A stretch of DNA of 64,000 nucleotides. Source: Salinispira sp. GTDB lineage: Bacteria > Spirochaetota > Spirochaetia > DSM-27196 > Salinispiraceae. The stretch's first letter is position 1; the number at the start of each line of letters is the position of its first letter. The stretch spans positions 96,001-160,000 of the forward strand of contig CBDDDG010000010.1 of assembly GCA_965226555.1 (NCBI GenBank). Reading direction: 5' to 3'. Below the pieces are notes generated by a model. The model was given only the letters and a program-made list of their open reading frames with translations, was not told the DNA's origin and searched no databases. Shown here piece after piece: positions 38,847 through 48,692 of the stretch. The translations under genes and the position numbers were made by a program.

Positions 38847-40423
38847 TATTTTTCCTTTAAATGAAATATCATTTCTGAATATGCCGATGTATCTTTTTCT
38901 GTTCTGTTTAAAACTGGTCTTTTATATGTATGTACAATTTTCATTCCTCCCTTTTCTGCGATAGTCGGATACATATTGTATTTATCGTTTGCCACCAGAA
39001 AAATATCGTAGTCTTCCTGCAAGTAGCGCTTTGAGTTAAGTAAAACATGCGCGACACCCTCAATATATGAATTGCGGGCTTCTTTACCCTGCCCTTTATA
39101 CAGGGGGCCGACTTCCAATGTATCGTTGCGTTCAAAACCAAATAAATCATATGCATACGCGTGTTGTTCATGATAATTAATTAAACCAACATACGGAGGG
39201 CTTGAAAAAATTCCTTTAATTTTTTGTTGCGTAACTAATTTTGCAAAATGAGGATTCCGCGCTTCCAGATCTGCCAAAATATGAATGTTTCGCGCATCTC
39301 CCTGTAAACAGGTTTGAAAAGTATTCGAACGGAGCTTATCAAATTCATACAGCCGTTTTACCGTGTCCTGACTATATCTTTCCCACCATGAAAATATTGA
39401 AAACAATGGTTTGCATATTTTTCCATGTTTTCTACAATAGTATGTTTGAGTGACCGGCTCTTTCAGAGTAGCGAGATCTGCGTGTGTTGTTGCTCTGCAG
39501 GACCTCATTGTCCGGCTTAATATTATTGTAAGTATTCGTTTTGTAATGGGATTTTCAACTCTCTTAAGGTGCTCGAAAGTAAAATCTATTTCATCTCTTA
39601 CTGATGTGAGATACCATTTTTCAAGAAAATTGCCCGCTTTGTTTTGTGTGAGTGTAAGATTATATTTTTCCCGTAGTTTATTGAAAGTTTGAACAAATAC
39701 TTTTTCCTGCTTCTGAGCATACTCTTTTTCGTTTATGTTCTTTTGTTGTACTTTAATTTTATAATCGGGCGAAGGAAAATAGTTTTTATTGAAAACCTGC
39801 AATTCCGCAACTAACTCATTTTCAAATTGAGCGTTGTTATTATGCGAAATAAAATCTTTTAAAGCGGCGGTAATATTTTTTATTTCGTTTTTGAGATCAT
39901 CAAAATCGACCTTACCTACCTTAACATTTGCAATAAGTACATTAAATGCTGAAATATCAATGCCTATTGCGTGTATTCCCAATTCATTAGCCTGAACCAT
40001 GGTTGTCCCGCTCCCTGAGAATGGGTCTAAAACAATATCGCCCTTTTTGAAAGAGACTTTCTCTTTAAAGTTGTCGGTATGATTGTCTAAAAAATATTCG
40101 ACAAGTTGCGGTATAAACTTCCCCTTGTAGGGGTGCAGTCTATGAATGTGCTTTGTTGTATCTCTTTCTTTAACATGATCGAATGATAATGCCCAATTTA
40201 AATCGTCCCCGAGTTTTTCTCTCCAATGAGCCTCTCTCCGCCCGTTAAAACTTTTGTAATACGCTATGAGGTCATCTTTATTAACAGAGGTACTCCCGTT
40301 TTTGCCATATTTTGTAACTTTCCCGTATTGAATGAGATACGAGATATTCGAAGTGGTAACTTCCTTCTTCAAATAGCGGCTCGCCCATACACTGGCTTCG
40401 CCTATTGTCAATAATTCAGTCAT
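38846..40423 (-). CDS. Site-specific DNA methyltransferase (likely N4-cytosine) with an N-terminal HTH-like segment
   Basis: HPYKGKFIPQL, VLDPFSGSGTT, FSSPPY; AT-rich relative to its flanks. Confidence 0.9.
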   Translation of the reverse strand: MTELLTIGEASVWASRYLKKEVTTSNISYLIQYGKVTKYGKNGSTSVNKDDLIAYYKSFNGRREAHWREKLGDDLNWALSFDHVKERDTTKHIHRLHPYKGKFIPQLVEYFLDNHTDNFKEKVSFKKGDIVLDPFSGSGTTMVQANELGIHAIGIDISAFNVLIANVKVGKVDFDDLKNEIKNITAALKDFISHNNNAQFENELVAELQVFNKNYFPSPDYKIKVQQKNINEKEYAQKQEKVFVQTFNKLREKYNLTLTQNKAGNFLEKWYLTSVRDEIDFTFEHLKRVENPITKRILTIILSRTMRSCRATTHADLATLKEPVTQTYYCRKHGKICKPLFSIFSWWERYSQDTVKRLYEFDKLRSNTFQTCLQGDARNIHILADLEARNPHFAKLVTQQKIKGIFSSPPYVGLINYHEQHAYAYDLFGFERNDTLEVGPLYKGQGKEARNSYIEGVAHVLLNSKRYLQEDYDIFLVANDKYNMYPTIAEKGGMKIVHTYKRPVLNRTEKDTSAYSEMIFHLKEK

Positions 40424-40645
40424 ATGTAATTACCTACTCCTCCGTATTCTATATCTATAACAGAAATTATCTTTTTCGTCATTAAAAAAAATGGAGAATA
40501 AAGTTTTGCAAAAGTTTCGATTGACCTGATCCCGCCGCATGGCGAGCCGGAGGAGCACGCCTCTGACCAGCCCAAGCGTACGCCGATCAGCCGTCTCAGC
40601 AACAGTCGCATGGGCGAGCAACGCCGACCAACCTAGGAGGAGCGG

Positions 40646-40747
40646 CTACGCTTTACCGTTTTTGTTTTTCTGAAATGCTCGAATGTCATCTCCGCTGAGC
40701 TCAGTGTACTTATGAATAAAGTCTATCAACAGACCCTCCCTGAGCAT
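40646..40747 (-). pseudogene. Extra Rpn-type C-terminal module (33 aa)
   Basis: MLREGLLIDFIHKYTELSGDDIRAFQKNKNGKA parallels MFSEGLSTEAVQRITGLSDEEMR. Confidence 0.6.
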
Positions 40748-40823
40748 TCCTGAAGGAACTGGTATGTGAGGTTGATCTGAATGTTGATATTATCCGCTCT
40801 GCGCGCAGGCCGAGCGGCGATAA

Positions 40824-41885
40824 TTAATGCGATCCGTTCCGCACTGTCCGCATTTCCTCATCGCTCAGCCCGGTAATCCTCTGAACAGCCTCGGTCGACA
40901 ACCCTTCCGAAAACATACTGCGGGCCGTTTCTCGAATGCCGTCTTCACGACCTTTCAGAATACCTTTCTCAATGCCTTCAGCCCGGCCCTTTGTGATACC
41001 CTGCTCAAGACCTTCAACCCTGCCTTTCAGAATACCCTTCTCCATTCCTTTCAGAATACCTTTCTCCATTCCTTTCAGAATACCTTTCTCCATGCCTTCC
41101 CTGACGAAGGCGTTGGTAATATTATATGTCCGCATACTGTTTTCTCCTTCAGGATATAGTTCCCTGTTAATTTTCTCAAACTGCTCATACAGTCCCAGAT
41201 CTTTCAGATAGCCTAGCACACTCTCTGCCAGATCAGCAAAGTCTTGTGATGACAGACCGTTTAGGAGCTGCGCAATTTCTTTCAGCCCCTCAGCATCCAT
41301 TTTATTATCTCGCATTATATACCACAACGCAGTTGATGTATATCGTTTTCCATCGAAACGCCATGCCAACTGTTTCTTGTCCATTCTCCTCAGATCACGC
41401 ACAATGTACGACACTTTTACCCTGACATCCACCGTGCCTTCGATCATAGTTTCGGAAGCAGCATTTCCATGTGAACTGTAAAATGTGAGTGGGAGGTTCC
41501 ATTCCTTTTTTCCGTGGTAGAACAGAAGTATATAGATAGCATCATTTTCATTGTACACATTGCTGTTTCTGAGGGCATGCTGATAGTTATCGATTTGAGT
41601 GAGAGCATGTTTGTGCTGGTAGCTTTTATGCTCAGTAATAAACAGAGCTTTTCGGTCGGGGTCTGACAGGAAGGGGGCACTGACAACGAGATCGCAGTGA
41701 AGGTTCTTTTTTCCTGCAATGTAGCTGGGTGTTTCAATGCGGATTTTGTCCAGGTCCAGCTTGGTAAGCGTTGTATCCTCACAGAACAGCCGCAGTAGAT
41801 CGGGAATCAGCTGGGGGGTTCTGTAGTAGGCGATCTTGAAGGCTATGTCGTGGATGTGGCCTGTGCTGTGGGATGATTTTTTCAT
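40824..41885 (-). CDS. Second, divergent Rpn family nuclease/putative transposase
   Basis: HIHDIAFK, HCDLV, FITEHKSY, LLFYHG..W, GMEKGILK repeats, same TGLSDEEMRTVRNGSH end; SD AGGAG. Confidence 0.9.
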   Translation of the reverse strand: MKKSSHSTGHIHDIAFKIAYYRTPQLIPDLLRLFCEDTTLTKLDLDKIRIETPSYIAGKKNLHCDLVVSAPFLSDPDRKALFITEHKSYQHKHALTQIDNYQHALRNSNVYNENDAIYILLFYHGKKEWNLPLTFYSSHGNAASETMIEGTVDVRVKVSYIVRDLRRMDKKQLAWRFDGKRYTSTALWYIMRDNKMDAEGLKEIAQLLNGLSSQDFADLAESVLGYLKDLGLYEQFEKINRELYPEGENSMRTYNITNAFVREGMEKGILKGMEKGILKGMEKGILKGRVEGLEQGITKGRAEGIEKGILKGREDGIRETARSMFSEGLSTEAVQRITGLSDEEMRTVRNGSH

Positions 41886-42265
41886 AAATATCTCCTGCTA
41901 TATCTATAACGGGAGAACTGTCATTTTTGACTGTGTTTTTTGAGAGAATTTGAAAGAATGTTGTGATTTTCAAAGGTGGATTGATATGAATTGCCCGGTA
42001 AGAGAGTATTCGGTGTTTCGGGCATTAAGGCAGAGAACCAGCAGTTTCCGGCGGCGGGTGCGCTCAGGGAGCTCGGGATAGCGCGGCTATGGCGATATCC
42101 GACTGACTGCGTAAGATAGCCCGAAAATTGAGCGCGTGGGTCAGAATAGGCGAGGTACATATGAATGGTGTATGACAAAATGAGAAAGTTTTAGAAAAAT
42201 TTTGCAAAAAACGCAAATTTCTCATGGCATGACCCCGCAGGAGAATGCGGGGCGGGCAGCATCTT

Positions 42266-42438
42266 TACATAAGTCTGGGCTTTTCTCTAAATCGGGTATT
42301 GTGGTGCCATCTGAAATATCAAAATTTTCTCCCGTTTTTTTCTTCGGATGAGCAAGCGTTTCCTAATCGGTCATAACCAAGGCAAGCCCTTCATTGAACC
42401 CTGCGTGTTCACGATAGTCTTCAAGCCGACTCAGATCC
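42266..42438 (-). pseudogene. Degraded copy of the 3' part of the gene at 43253..43882
   Basis: 42303-42438 aligns with 43385-43526 (DLSRLEDY..GLALVMTD*ETLAHPKKKTGE); in-frame stop and indels. Confidence 0.75.
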
Positions 42439-42449
42439 TCATTGTGAAT

Positions 42450-43058
42450 TCAAGCGGATATTGGGATGCATAAATATCGAAAAGGACAGTCCGCATTTTC
42501 ATGCGGTAGATCTTCCCACTTCATTGTGTATGTGTCATGCAAATTGATGGGGGTTTCACGGTTTTTCATTGTGCCGGAACTGGCATTTTTATCCCAACAA
42601 AGACGTCCTTCCATGTTCTTTCCGTCATGAATTCTAAACTGTTCGTCAACGGTAGATTTGTCCTTTGATTGTTCCCAATACAAATGATCATTGGTAAGAA
42701 ATACAGCATAGCCGTGTTTTATGTGCCCCGTCTGTATCCATTTCTCCAGCCGGGAAATATCCTTCAAAAAATCGTATCGGCAACAATCTTGCGCGCCATG
42801 GTTTTTCAAATTAAATACTTCGCCATCTTTCGCTACATGCTTGTGTGTTTTCGTTTTGTATTTCAATTCCACGCCAATTTTCGTGCCGTGAGTAATACAT
42901 ACAATATCACAATACTCGGATTCCCCCAACGGGTATTCAAGTCGTATTTCGCAGCCATGCTTGTGCATGTGCCACGCCAAATGATGTTGGAAATCTGCCT
43001 CGGAATGGAAAATGCAACGGCTTTGCAAAGCTTCGTGCAGAATGTTTTGGAAATTCAT
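42450..43058 (-). CDS. Hypothetical PD-(D/E)XK-type nuclease
   Basis: FHSEADFQ, RLEYP, CDIV, VELKYKT, KDISRLE; TTGACA promoter upstream. Confidence 0.7.
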   Translation of the reverse strand: MNFQNILHEALQSRCIFHSEADFQHHLAWHMHKHGCEIRLEYPLGESEYCDIVCITHGTKIGVELKYKTKTHKHVAKDGEVFNLKNHGAQDCCRYDFLKDISRLEKWIQTGHIKHGYAVFLTNDHLYWEQSKDKSTVDEQFRIHDGKNMEGRLCWDKNASSGTMKNRETPINLHDTYTMKWEDLPHENADCPFRYLCIPISA

Positions 43059-43170
43059 AATTTTCACCTTTGAGAAGCTCTGGAAACACGGGTAATAGCG
43101 TTTTTTCAAGCTTCACGGTACAATAATATCACAAAAAAATATATATGTCAAACACTTTTGTGTGAAATAT

Positions 43171-43197
43171 TGGGAAATAAACCTTTGACCTGACCCC
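43171..43197 (+). mobile_element. Orphan, diverged IS481-like terminal repeat
   Basis: tgggaaataaacctttgacctgacccc versus tgggatataaacctttggacagacccc. Confidence 0.6.
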
Positions 43198-43252
43198 GCA
43201 GGAGAATGCGGGGCGGCCAGAACCAGAGTATGGCGGGCGCAATGCCGATGAT

Positions 43253-43882
43253 CTACTGCCCTTCAAGTTCCATAAACCAAAAATCACCTTTGTGAACCCA
43301 GTTGAATTCATATGATTTTTTGAGTCGGATGTCGCATATGTTATTACCAATCTCTGTTTGTGGCAGATGTATATCACGTACTTTGGTGCCATGTGAAATA
43401 TCAAAATTTTTAAAAATTTCTCCCGTTTTTTTCTTCGGATGCGCAAGCGTTTCCTGATCGGTCATAACCAAGGCAAGCCCTTCATCGAACCCTGCGCCAC
43501 AATAGTCTTCGAGACGACTCAGATCCACATAAACACCTTTCATGAAATTATTTTTTGCCCCAGCCTTTTCTCGAAAAAATTTCATTTCAACGGCAATTTT
43601 GTGACGGCCCCGGGAGTTTTCACCCTCTAATACCAAATCGATTTCACAGGGTTTGTTCGGCAGTTTGACATATGTTTCCAACTCAATTTTTGCGGATTCA
43701 TCTTCACGAAAACAGATAAGAGGAACCACCTCTTGCAAAATACACGCGTAGTGAAGTTGCATTGATGCTTCCTTGTTAAGGGACACCTGTCCTTCCCCCG
43801 TTTTCTCCATGAAAATTTTCCATGCAAACGATATACTATTTCTGAGCCGTTTTTCAAAGCTCCCTGTTAGTAAATTATCCAT
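43253..43882 (-). CDS. Hypothetical PD-(D/E)XK-type nuclease, related to its neighbour
   Basis: NKEASMQ, ELET, EIDLV, AVEMKF, DLSRLE; SD AGGAG. Confidence 0.7.
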   Translation of the reverse strand: MDNLLTGSFEKRLRNSISFAWKIFMEKTGEGQVSLNKEASMQLHYACILQEVVPLICFREDESAKIELETYVKLPNKPCEIDLVLEGENSRGRHKIAVEMKFFREKAGAKNNFMKGVYVDLSRLEDYCGAGFDEGLALVMTDQETLAHPKKKTGEIFKNFDISHGTKVRDIHLPQTEIGNNICDIRLKKSYEFNWVHKGDFWFMELEGQ

Positions 43883-44078
43883 ATTACTACTCCTAATAAA
43901 TAGTTACCATGAGTTATAAAACTCATGTATTGTTGATTATGCAACATCGCATGCTGCTGCCTGCATTTCCATAAAAAATTTTATGCCGTATGTTCGGCCC
44001 CTCCTCGTATAAAAAATTTCCTGCTATATCGAAAATCACAAAAATCTTGCCAATGGACAGTTTGTGAGACGATGCAGG

Positions 44079-47000
44079 TTAATACCATGACGGAATCAGA
44101 CTACCTGTTACGCCGGAATTTGTAAACATCTTAGATTTGTATCCGGTATATTTACCAGCGCTATTGAGCGTCAAATGCTCCTTCCATTCTTCAAGATCGC
44201 CATTGAAGGCGGTTGCCTCATAGAACATCCGGTTCATGATCCATACCGAGCTAACATCCCAGTCCGAAATATCGCCATTGAATGCGGTTGCGTAATAGAA
44301 CATCCCGTTCATTTCCGTTACCGAGCTAACATCCCAGCCCGAAATATCGCCATTGAATGCGTCTGCATTAGAGAACATCTCACGCATATTTGTTACCGAG
44401 CTAACATCCCAGCCCGAAATATCGCCATTGAATGCGGTTGCGTACCTGAACATCTCAATCATATACGTTACCGAGCTAACATCCCAGTCCGAGATATCGC
44501 CATTGAATGCGTCTGCGTTAGAGAACATCCCGACCATACTCGTTACCGAGCTAACATCCCAGTCCGAAATATCGCCATTGAAGGCGGTTGCAACCCAGAA
44601 CATCCAGACCATACTCGTTACCGAGCTAACATCCCAGTCCGAAATATCGCCATTGAAGGCGACTGCGTAATAGAACATCTGGTACATACTCGTTACCGAG
44701 CTAACATCCCAATCCGAGATATCGCCATTGAATGCGGTTGCGTTCCTGAACATTTCCGACATATCCGTTACAGTGCCAGTATCCCAGTCCGAAAGGTCGC
44801 CATTGAAGGCGCGTGCGCCACGGAACATAGAGCTCATATTCGTTACCGAGCTAACATCCCAGTCCGAAATATCGCCATTGAAGGCGTCTGCGTCATAGAA
44901 CATATAGGACATATCCGTTACCGCTCCAGTATCCCAGTCCGATAGATCGCCATTGAATGCGGTTGCATTAGAGAACATATGGCTCATATACGTTACCGAG
45001 CTAACATCCCAGTCCGATATATCGCCATTGAATGCTCGTGCGCCAGAGAACATATAGGACATATCCGTTACTGAGGTGGTAATAATGTAGTTGAGATCGG
45101 CAGTATCGCCCCAGGTTGTTATTCCCGCAGTTGCCGCTGTTTGCAGTTCAGCGTTAGTAGTAGGGCTCACGGTAACATAAAAATGTTTGGAAAACTGTTC
45201 AGTTCCCCCGCCGTCTTCGCCAGATACGAGGTATGTTCCAGCCGTTGTATGTGGGGTAACGGTAATAATTCCAGTACCCGCATTAACTGTCGGCGGGGTA
45301 ACCGTTGATGTCGGGGAAGTAACCGTAGTTAAAGAAACAGTCAAATTCTCAGTGGCAATACGGGTATCAATAGCAGCCGAAAGAATTGCGAGCACTGCCC
45401 TACCAGATGGAACCTGTGTCGCAAAAACCGGCAGCATTGCTGTGCTACTCCCCGACCATGCGCCTGCGCCCTGCGCGTTCACGGCGCGCACCTGCACTTC
45501 GTAGCTGTTGCCGTTTGTCAGTCCGGTAATGGTGTGGCTTGTGTTTGTGCCGATGCCGGAGCTAATAGGCGTCCATGCTCCGCCGCCTCTGCGATACTGC
45601 ACCTCATACCCGGTAATGTCCGTGCCGCCGTTGTCGGTCGGCGCGCTCCATGCCACGCCAAGTTCGGTGTCTCTGGCTGTGAGCGTTGGAGCTGCTGGCG
45701 CGTTGGGAGCAATGTTGGGGGTGGCGATGGCGGAGAGCGACCACGGGCTATTGCCCTGCGCGTTGACGGCGCGTACCTGCACTTCGTAGCTGTTGCCGTT
45801 TGTCAGGCCGGTAATGGTGTGGCTTGTGTTTGTGCCGGAGCTAATAGGCACCCATGCTCCGCTGCCTGTGCGGTATTGCAGCTCATAGCGAGTAATGTCC
45901 GTGCCGCCGTTGTCGGTCGGAGCGCTCCATGCAACAGTGAGCCGAGCGTTCCCCTCTGTAAGTGTTGGTGCTGCTGGCGCGTTGGGAGCAATGTTGGGGG
46001 TTGCTGTGGCGCTCCCCGACCATGCGCCTGCGCCCTGCGCGTTGACGGCGCGTACCTGTACTTTATAGCTATTGCCGTTTGTCAGTCCGGTAATGGTGTG
46101 GGTTGTGCGTGTGCTGGAGCTAATAAGCGTCCATGCTCCGCCGCCTCTGCGATACTGCAACTCATAGCGAGTAATGTCCGTGCCGCCGTTGTCGGTCGGC
46201 GCAGTCCATGCAACAGTGATCTGGGTGTTTCCAACGGTAAGTGTTGGTGCTGCTGGCGCGTTGGGAGCAATGTTGGGGGTTGCTGTGGCGCTCCCCGACC
46301 ACGGGCTATTGCCCTGCGCGTTGACGGCGCGTACCCGTACTTCGTAGCTGTTGCCGTTTGTCAGTCCGGTGATGGTGTGGCTTGTGCGTGTGCTGGAGCT
46401 AATAAGCGTCCATGCTCCGTTGCCTCTGCGATATTGCAACTCATAGCGAGTAATGTCCGTGCCGCCGTTGTCGGTCGGCGCAGTCCATGCTACGCCGAGC
46501 TGGGTGTTTCCAACGATGAGTGTTGGAGCTGCAGGCGCTCTGGGAGCAATGTCGGGGGTTGCTGTGGCGCTCCCCGACCATGGGCCCGCGCCTTTCGCGT
46601 TGACGGCGCGTACCCGTACTTCGTAGCTATTGCCGTTTGTTAGGCCTGTGATGGTGTGGGTTGTGCTTGTGCCGGAGTCAATTATTTTCCTCTGCCAACT
46701 CCTACCGGTTTGGTAATACTGCAGCTCATAGCGAGTAATGTCCGTGCCGCCGTTGTCGGTCGGAGCGCTCCATGCAACAGTGAGCCGAGCGTTCCCCTCT
46801 GTAAGTGTTGGTGCTGCTGGCGCGTTGGGAGCAATGTTGGGGGTTGCTGTGCTACTCCTCGACCATGGGCTATTGCCCTGATCGTTGACGGCGCTCACCT
46901 GTACTTCGTAGCTGTTGCCGTTTGTCAGTCCGGTAATGGTGTGGCTTGTGCGTGTGCCGATGCCGGAGCTAATAAGCGTCCATGCCCCGCCGCCTGTGCG

Positions 47001-48689
47001 GTACTGCAGCTCATACCGGGTAATGGCGCTGCCTCCAGTGTCGGTCGGAGCGCTCCATGCTACAGTGAGTTGGGTGTTTCCAACGGCGAGCGTGGGCGCT
47101 GTCGGCGCCATGGGAACGGCAACAGGGGTTGCCGATGCAGAGGGTGACCATTCGCCCGTGCCCTGTGCGTTGACGGCGCGTACCTGTACTTTATAGCTAT
47201 TGCCGTTTGTCAGTCCGGTAATGGTGTGGCTGGTGTTTGTGCCGATGCCGGAGCTAATAAGCGTCCATGCTCCACTGTTTCCTTTGAGATACTGCAGCTC
47301 ATAGCGGGTAATGGCGCTGCCGCCGGTGTTCGGCGCAGTCCATGTTACGCCGAGCTGGGTGTTTCCGGCGGTGAGCGTGGGCGAATCGGGAGTGCTGGGA
47401 ATGGTAGCGGGGGTTGCGGAGGCGCTCCCCGACCATGGGCCACTGCCCTGATCGTTCACGGCGCGCACTTGTACTTCGTAGCTGTTGCCGTTTGTCAGTC
47501 CCGTAATGGTGTGGCTGGTGCTTGTGCCGATGCCGGAGACAATTAAGGTCCATGCTCTGTCGCCTGCGCGATATTGCAGCTCATACCCGGTAATGGCAGT
47601 GCTTCCGTTGTCGGCGGGAGTGCTCCATGCCGCGGTGAGCTGGGTGTTTCCAACGGTGAGTGTTGGAACTGCAGGGGCGTTGGGAGTAACGTCGGGAGTT
47701 GCTGTAGTACTCCCCGACCATGGGCTATTACCCTGCGCGTTCACGGCGCGCACCTGTACTTCGTAGCTATTGCCGTTTGTCAGTCCCATAATGGTGTGGC
47801 TTGTAGTAGTAATTTCGGAATCGGTAGTTACATCCAGCCACATTCCTTCCGGGTCGGCAACTTCGCGATATTGCAGTTCATACCGAAGAATTTCGCTTCC
47901 GCCGGTGTTCGGCGCGTTCCATGTCGCGGTGAGCCGGTTGTTTCCGTGGGTGAGCGTTGGCGCATTGGGAGCGGAGGGTATGGTAACCGGAATTGCCGTG
48001 AGAATTTCCGACGGGTTACCATTGCCCTTCGCATTAACAGCATATACCCGCACAGCGTACTCGGTGCCGTTTGTCAGTTCCATAATGGTGTAGGTAAAAA
48101 TGCCGGCATCGCCAGCAGCATCGCCATTGGCAATTACAGCGGCAGATTCCCACTCGCCTGCATGAGCTTCGCGATATTGCAGCTCATACCCGGTAATTTC
48201 GCTGCCGCCGTCATCGGTTGGCGCAGCCCATGTCGCGGTAATGTGTGCGTCATCCGCTTCAAGCGTAAACGCAGTCGGCGCCATAGGAACGGCAACAGGG
48301 GTTGCGGCGGCGCTCTCCGACCATGCGCCATTGCCTTTCGCATTCACGGCGCGCACCTGTACTGTGTACTCGGTGCCGTTTGTTAGTTCTGTAATGGTGT
48401 AGGTAAAAATGCCGGCATCGCCAGCAGCATCGCCATTGGCAATTACAGCGGCAGATTCCCACTCGCCTGCATCGGCTTCGCGATATTGCAGCTCATACCC
48501 GGTAATTTCACTGCCGCCGTCATCGGTTGGCGCAGCCCATGCCGCAATGAGTTGCCCGTTGCCCTCTTCAAGGGTTGGGACAAGCATTTCACCCGGTGCG
48601 GTGATATCATCTACCAGATCAGATCCCGGTAGCGGGCATCCGGCAAGCAGCGCGATAAACATTGCGCAGAATATGACATGAAACTTCAT
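44079..48689 (-). CDS. Large surface lipoprotein: 11 FN3 domains + 12 DUF285/BspA-like 25-aa repeats
   Basis: MKFHVIFCAMFIALLAGC lipobox; repeated WxAPTDNGGxxITxYELQY..YEVQVRAVN; 75-bp repeats AFNGDISDWDVSSVTxMxxMF. Confidence 0.9.
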   Translation of the reverse strand: MKFHVIFCAMFIALLAGCPLPGSDLVDDITAPGEMLVPTLEEGNGQLIAAWAAPTDDGGSEITGYELQYREADAGEWESAAVIANGDAAGDAGIFTYTITELTNGTEYTVQVRAVNAKGNGAWSESAAATPVAVPMAPTAFTLEADDAHITATWAAPTDDGGSEITGYELQYREAHAGEWESAAVIANGDAAGDAGIFTYTIMELTNGTEYAVRVYAVNAKGNGNPSEILTAIPVTIPSAPNAPTLTHGNNRLTATWNAPNTGGSEILRYELQYREVADPEGMWLDVTTDSEITTTSHTIMGLTNGNSYEVQVRAVNAQGNSPWSGSTTATPDVTPNAPAVPTLTVGNTQLTAAWSTPADNGSTAITGYELQYRAGDRAWTLIVSGIGTSTSHTITGLTNGNSYEVQVRAVNDQGSGPWSGSASATPATIPSTPDSPTLTAGNTQLGVTWTAPNTGGSAITRYELQYLKGNSGAWTLISSGIGTNTSHTITGLTNGNSYKVQVRAVNAQGTGEWSPSASATPVAVPMAPTAPTLAVGNTQLTVAWSAPTDTGGSAITRYELQYRTGGGAWTLISSGIGTRTSHTITGLTNGNSYEVQVSAVNDQGNSPWSRSSTATPNIAPNAPAAPTLTEGNARLTVAWSAPTDNGGTDITRYELQYYQTGRSWQRKIIDSGTSTTHTITGLTNGNSYEVRVRAVNAKGAGPWSGSATATPDIAPRAPAAPTLIVGNTQLGVAWTAPTDNGGTDITRYELQYRRGNGAWTLISSSTRTSHTITGLTNGNSYEVRVRAVNAQGNSPWSGSATATPNIAPNAPAAPTLTVGNTQITVAWTAPTDNGGTDITRYELQYRRGGGAWTLISSSTRTTHTITGLTNGNSYKVQVRAVNAQGAGAWSGSATATPNIAPNAPAAPTLTEGNARLTVAWSAPTDNGGTDITRYELQYRTGSGAWVPISSGTNTSHTITGLTNGNSYEVQVRAVNAQGNSPWSLSAIATPNIAPNAPAAPTLTARDTELGVAWSAPTDNGGTDITGYEVQYRRGGGAWTPISSGIGTNTSHTITGLTNGNSYEVQVRAVNAQGAGAWSGSSTAMLPVFATQVPSGRAVLAILSAAIDTRIATENLTVSLTTVTSPTSTVTPPTVNAGTGIITVTPHTTAGTYLVSGEDGGGTEQFSKHFYVTVSPTTNAELQTAATAGITTWGDTADLNYIITTSVTDMSYMFSGARAFNGDISDWDVSSVTYMSHMFSNATAFNGDLSDWDTGAVTDMSYMFYDADAFNGDISDWDVSSVTNMSSMFRGARAFNGDLSDWDTGTVTDMSEMFRNATAFNGDISDWDVSSVTSMYQMFYYAVAFNGDISDWDVSSVTSMVWMFWVATAFNGDISDWDVSSVTSMVGMFSNADAFNGDISDWDVSSVTYMIEMFRYATAFNGDISGWDVSSVTNMREMFSNADAFNGDISGWDVSSVTEMNGMFYYATAFNGDISDWDVSSVWIMNRMFYEATAFNGDLEEWKEHLTLNSAGKYTGYKSKMFTNSGVTGSLIPSWY

Positions 48690-48692
48690 TCT

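Noticed and set aside
42228..43250. Integron cassette array with attC sites
   Set aside because: The hairpins lack RYYYAAC/GTTRRRY boxes and no integron integrase is present
44190..45075. CRISPR array or diversity-generating retroelement suggested by regular repeats with variable segments
   Set aside because: The units are in-frame 25-codon protein repeats, the variation is not adenine-specific, and there is no cas or reverse transcriptase gene in the window
45187..48681. Many plus-strand ORFs opposite the FN3 gene, and similar shadow ORFs across the window
   Set aside because: They are antisense frames of repetitive or GC-rich coding DNA with no recognisable motifs
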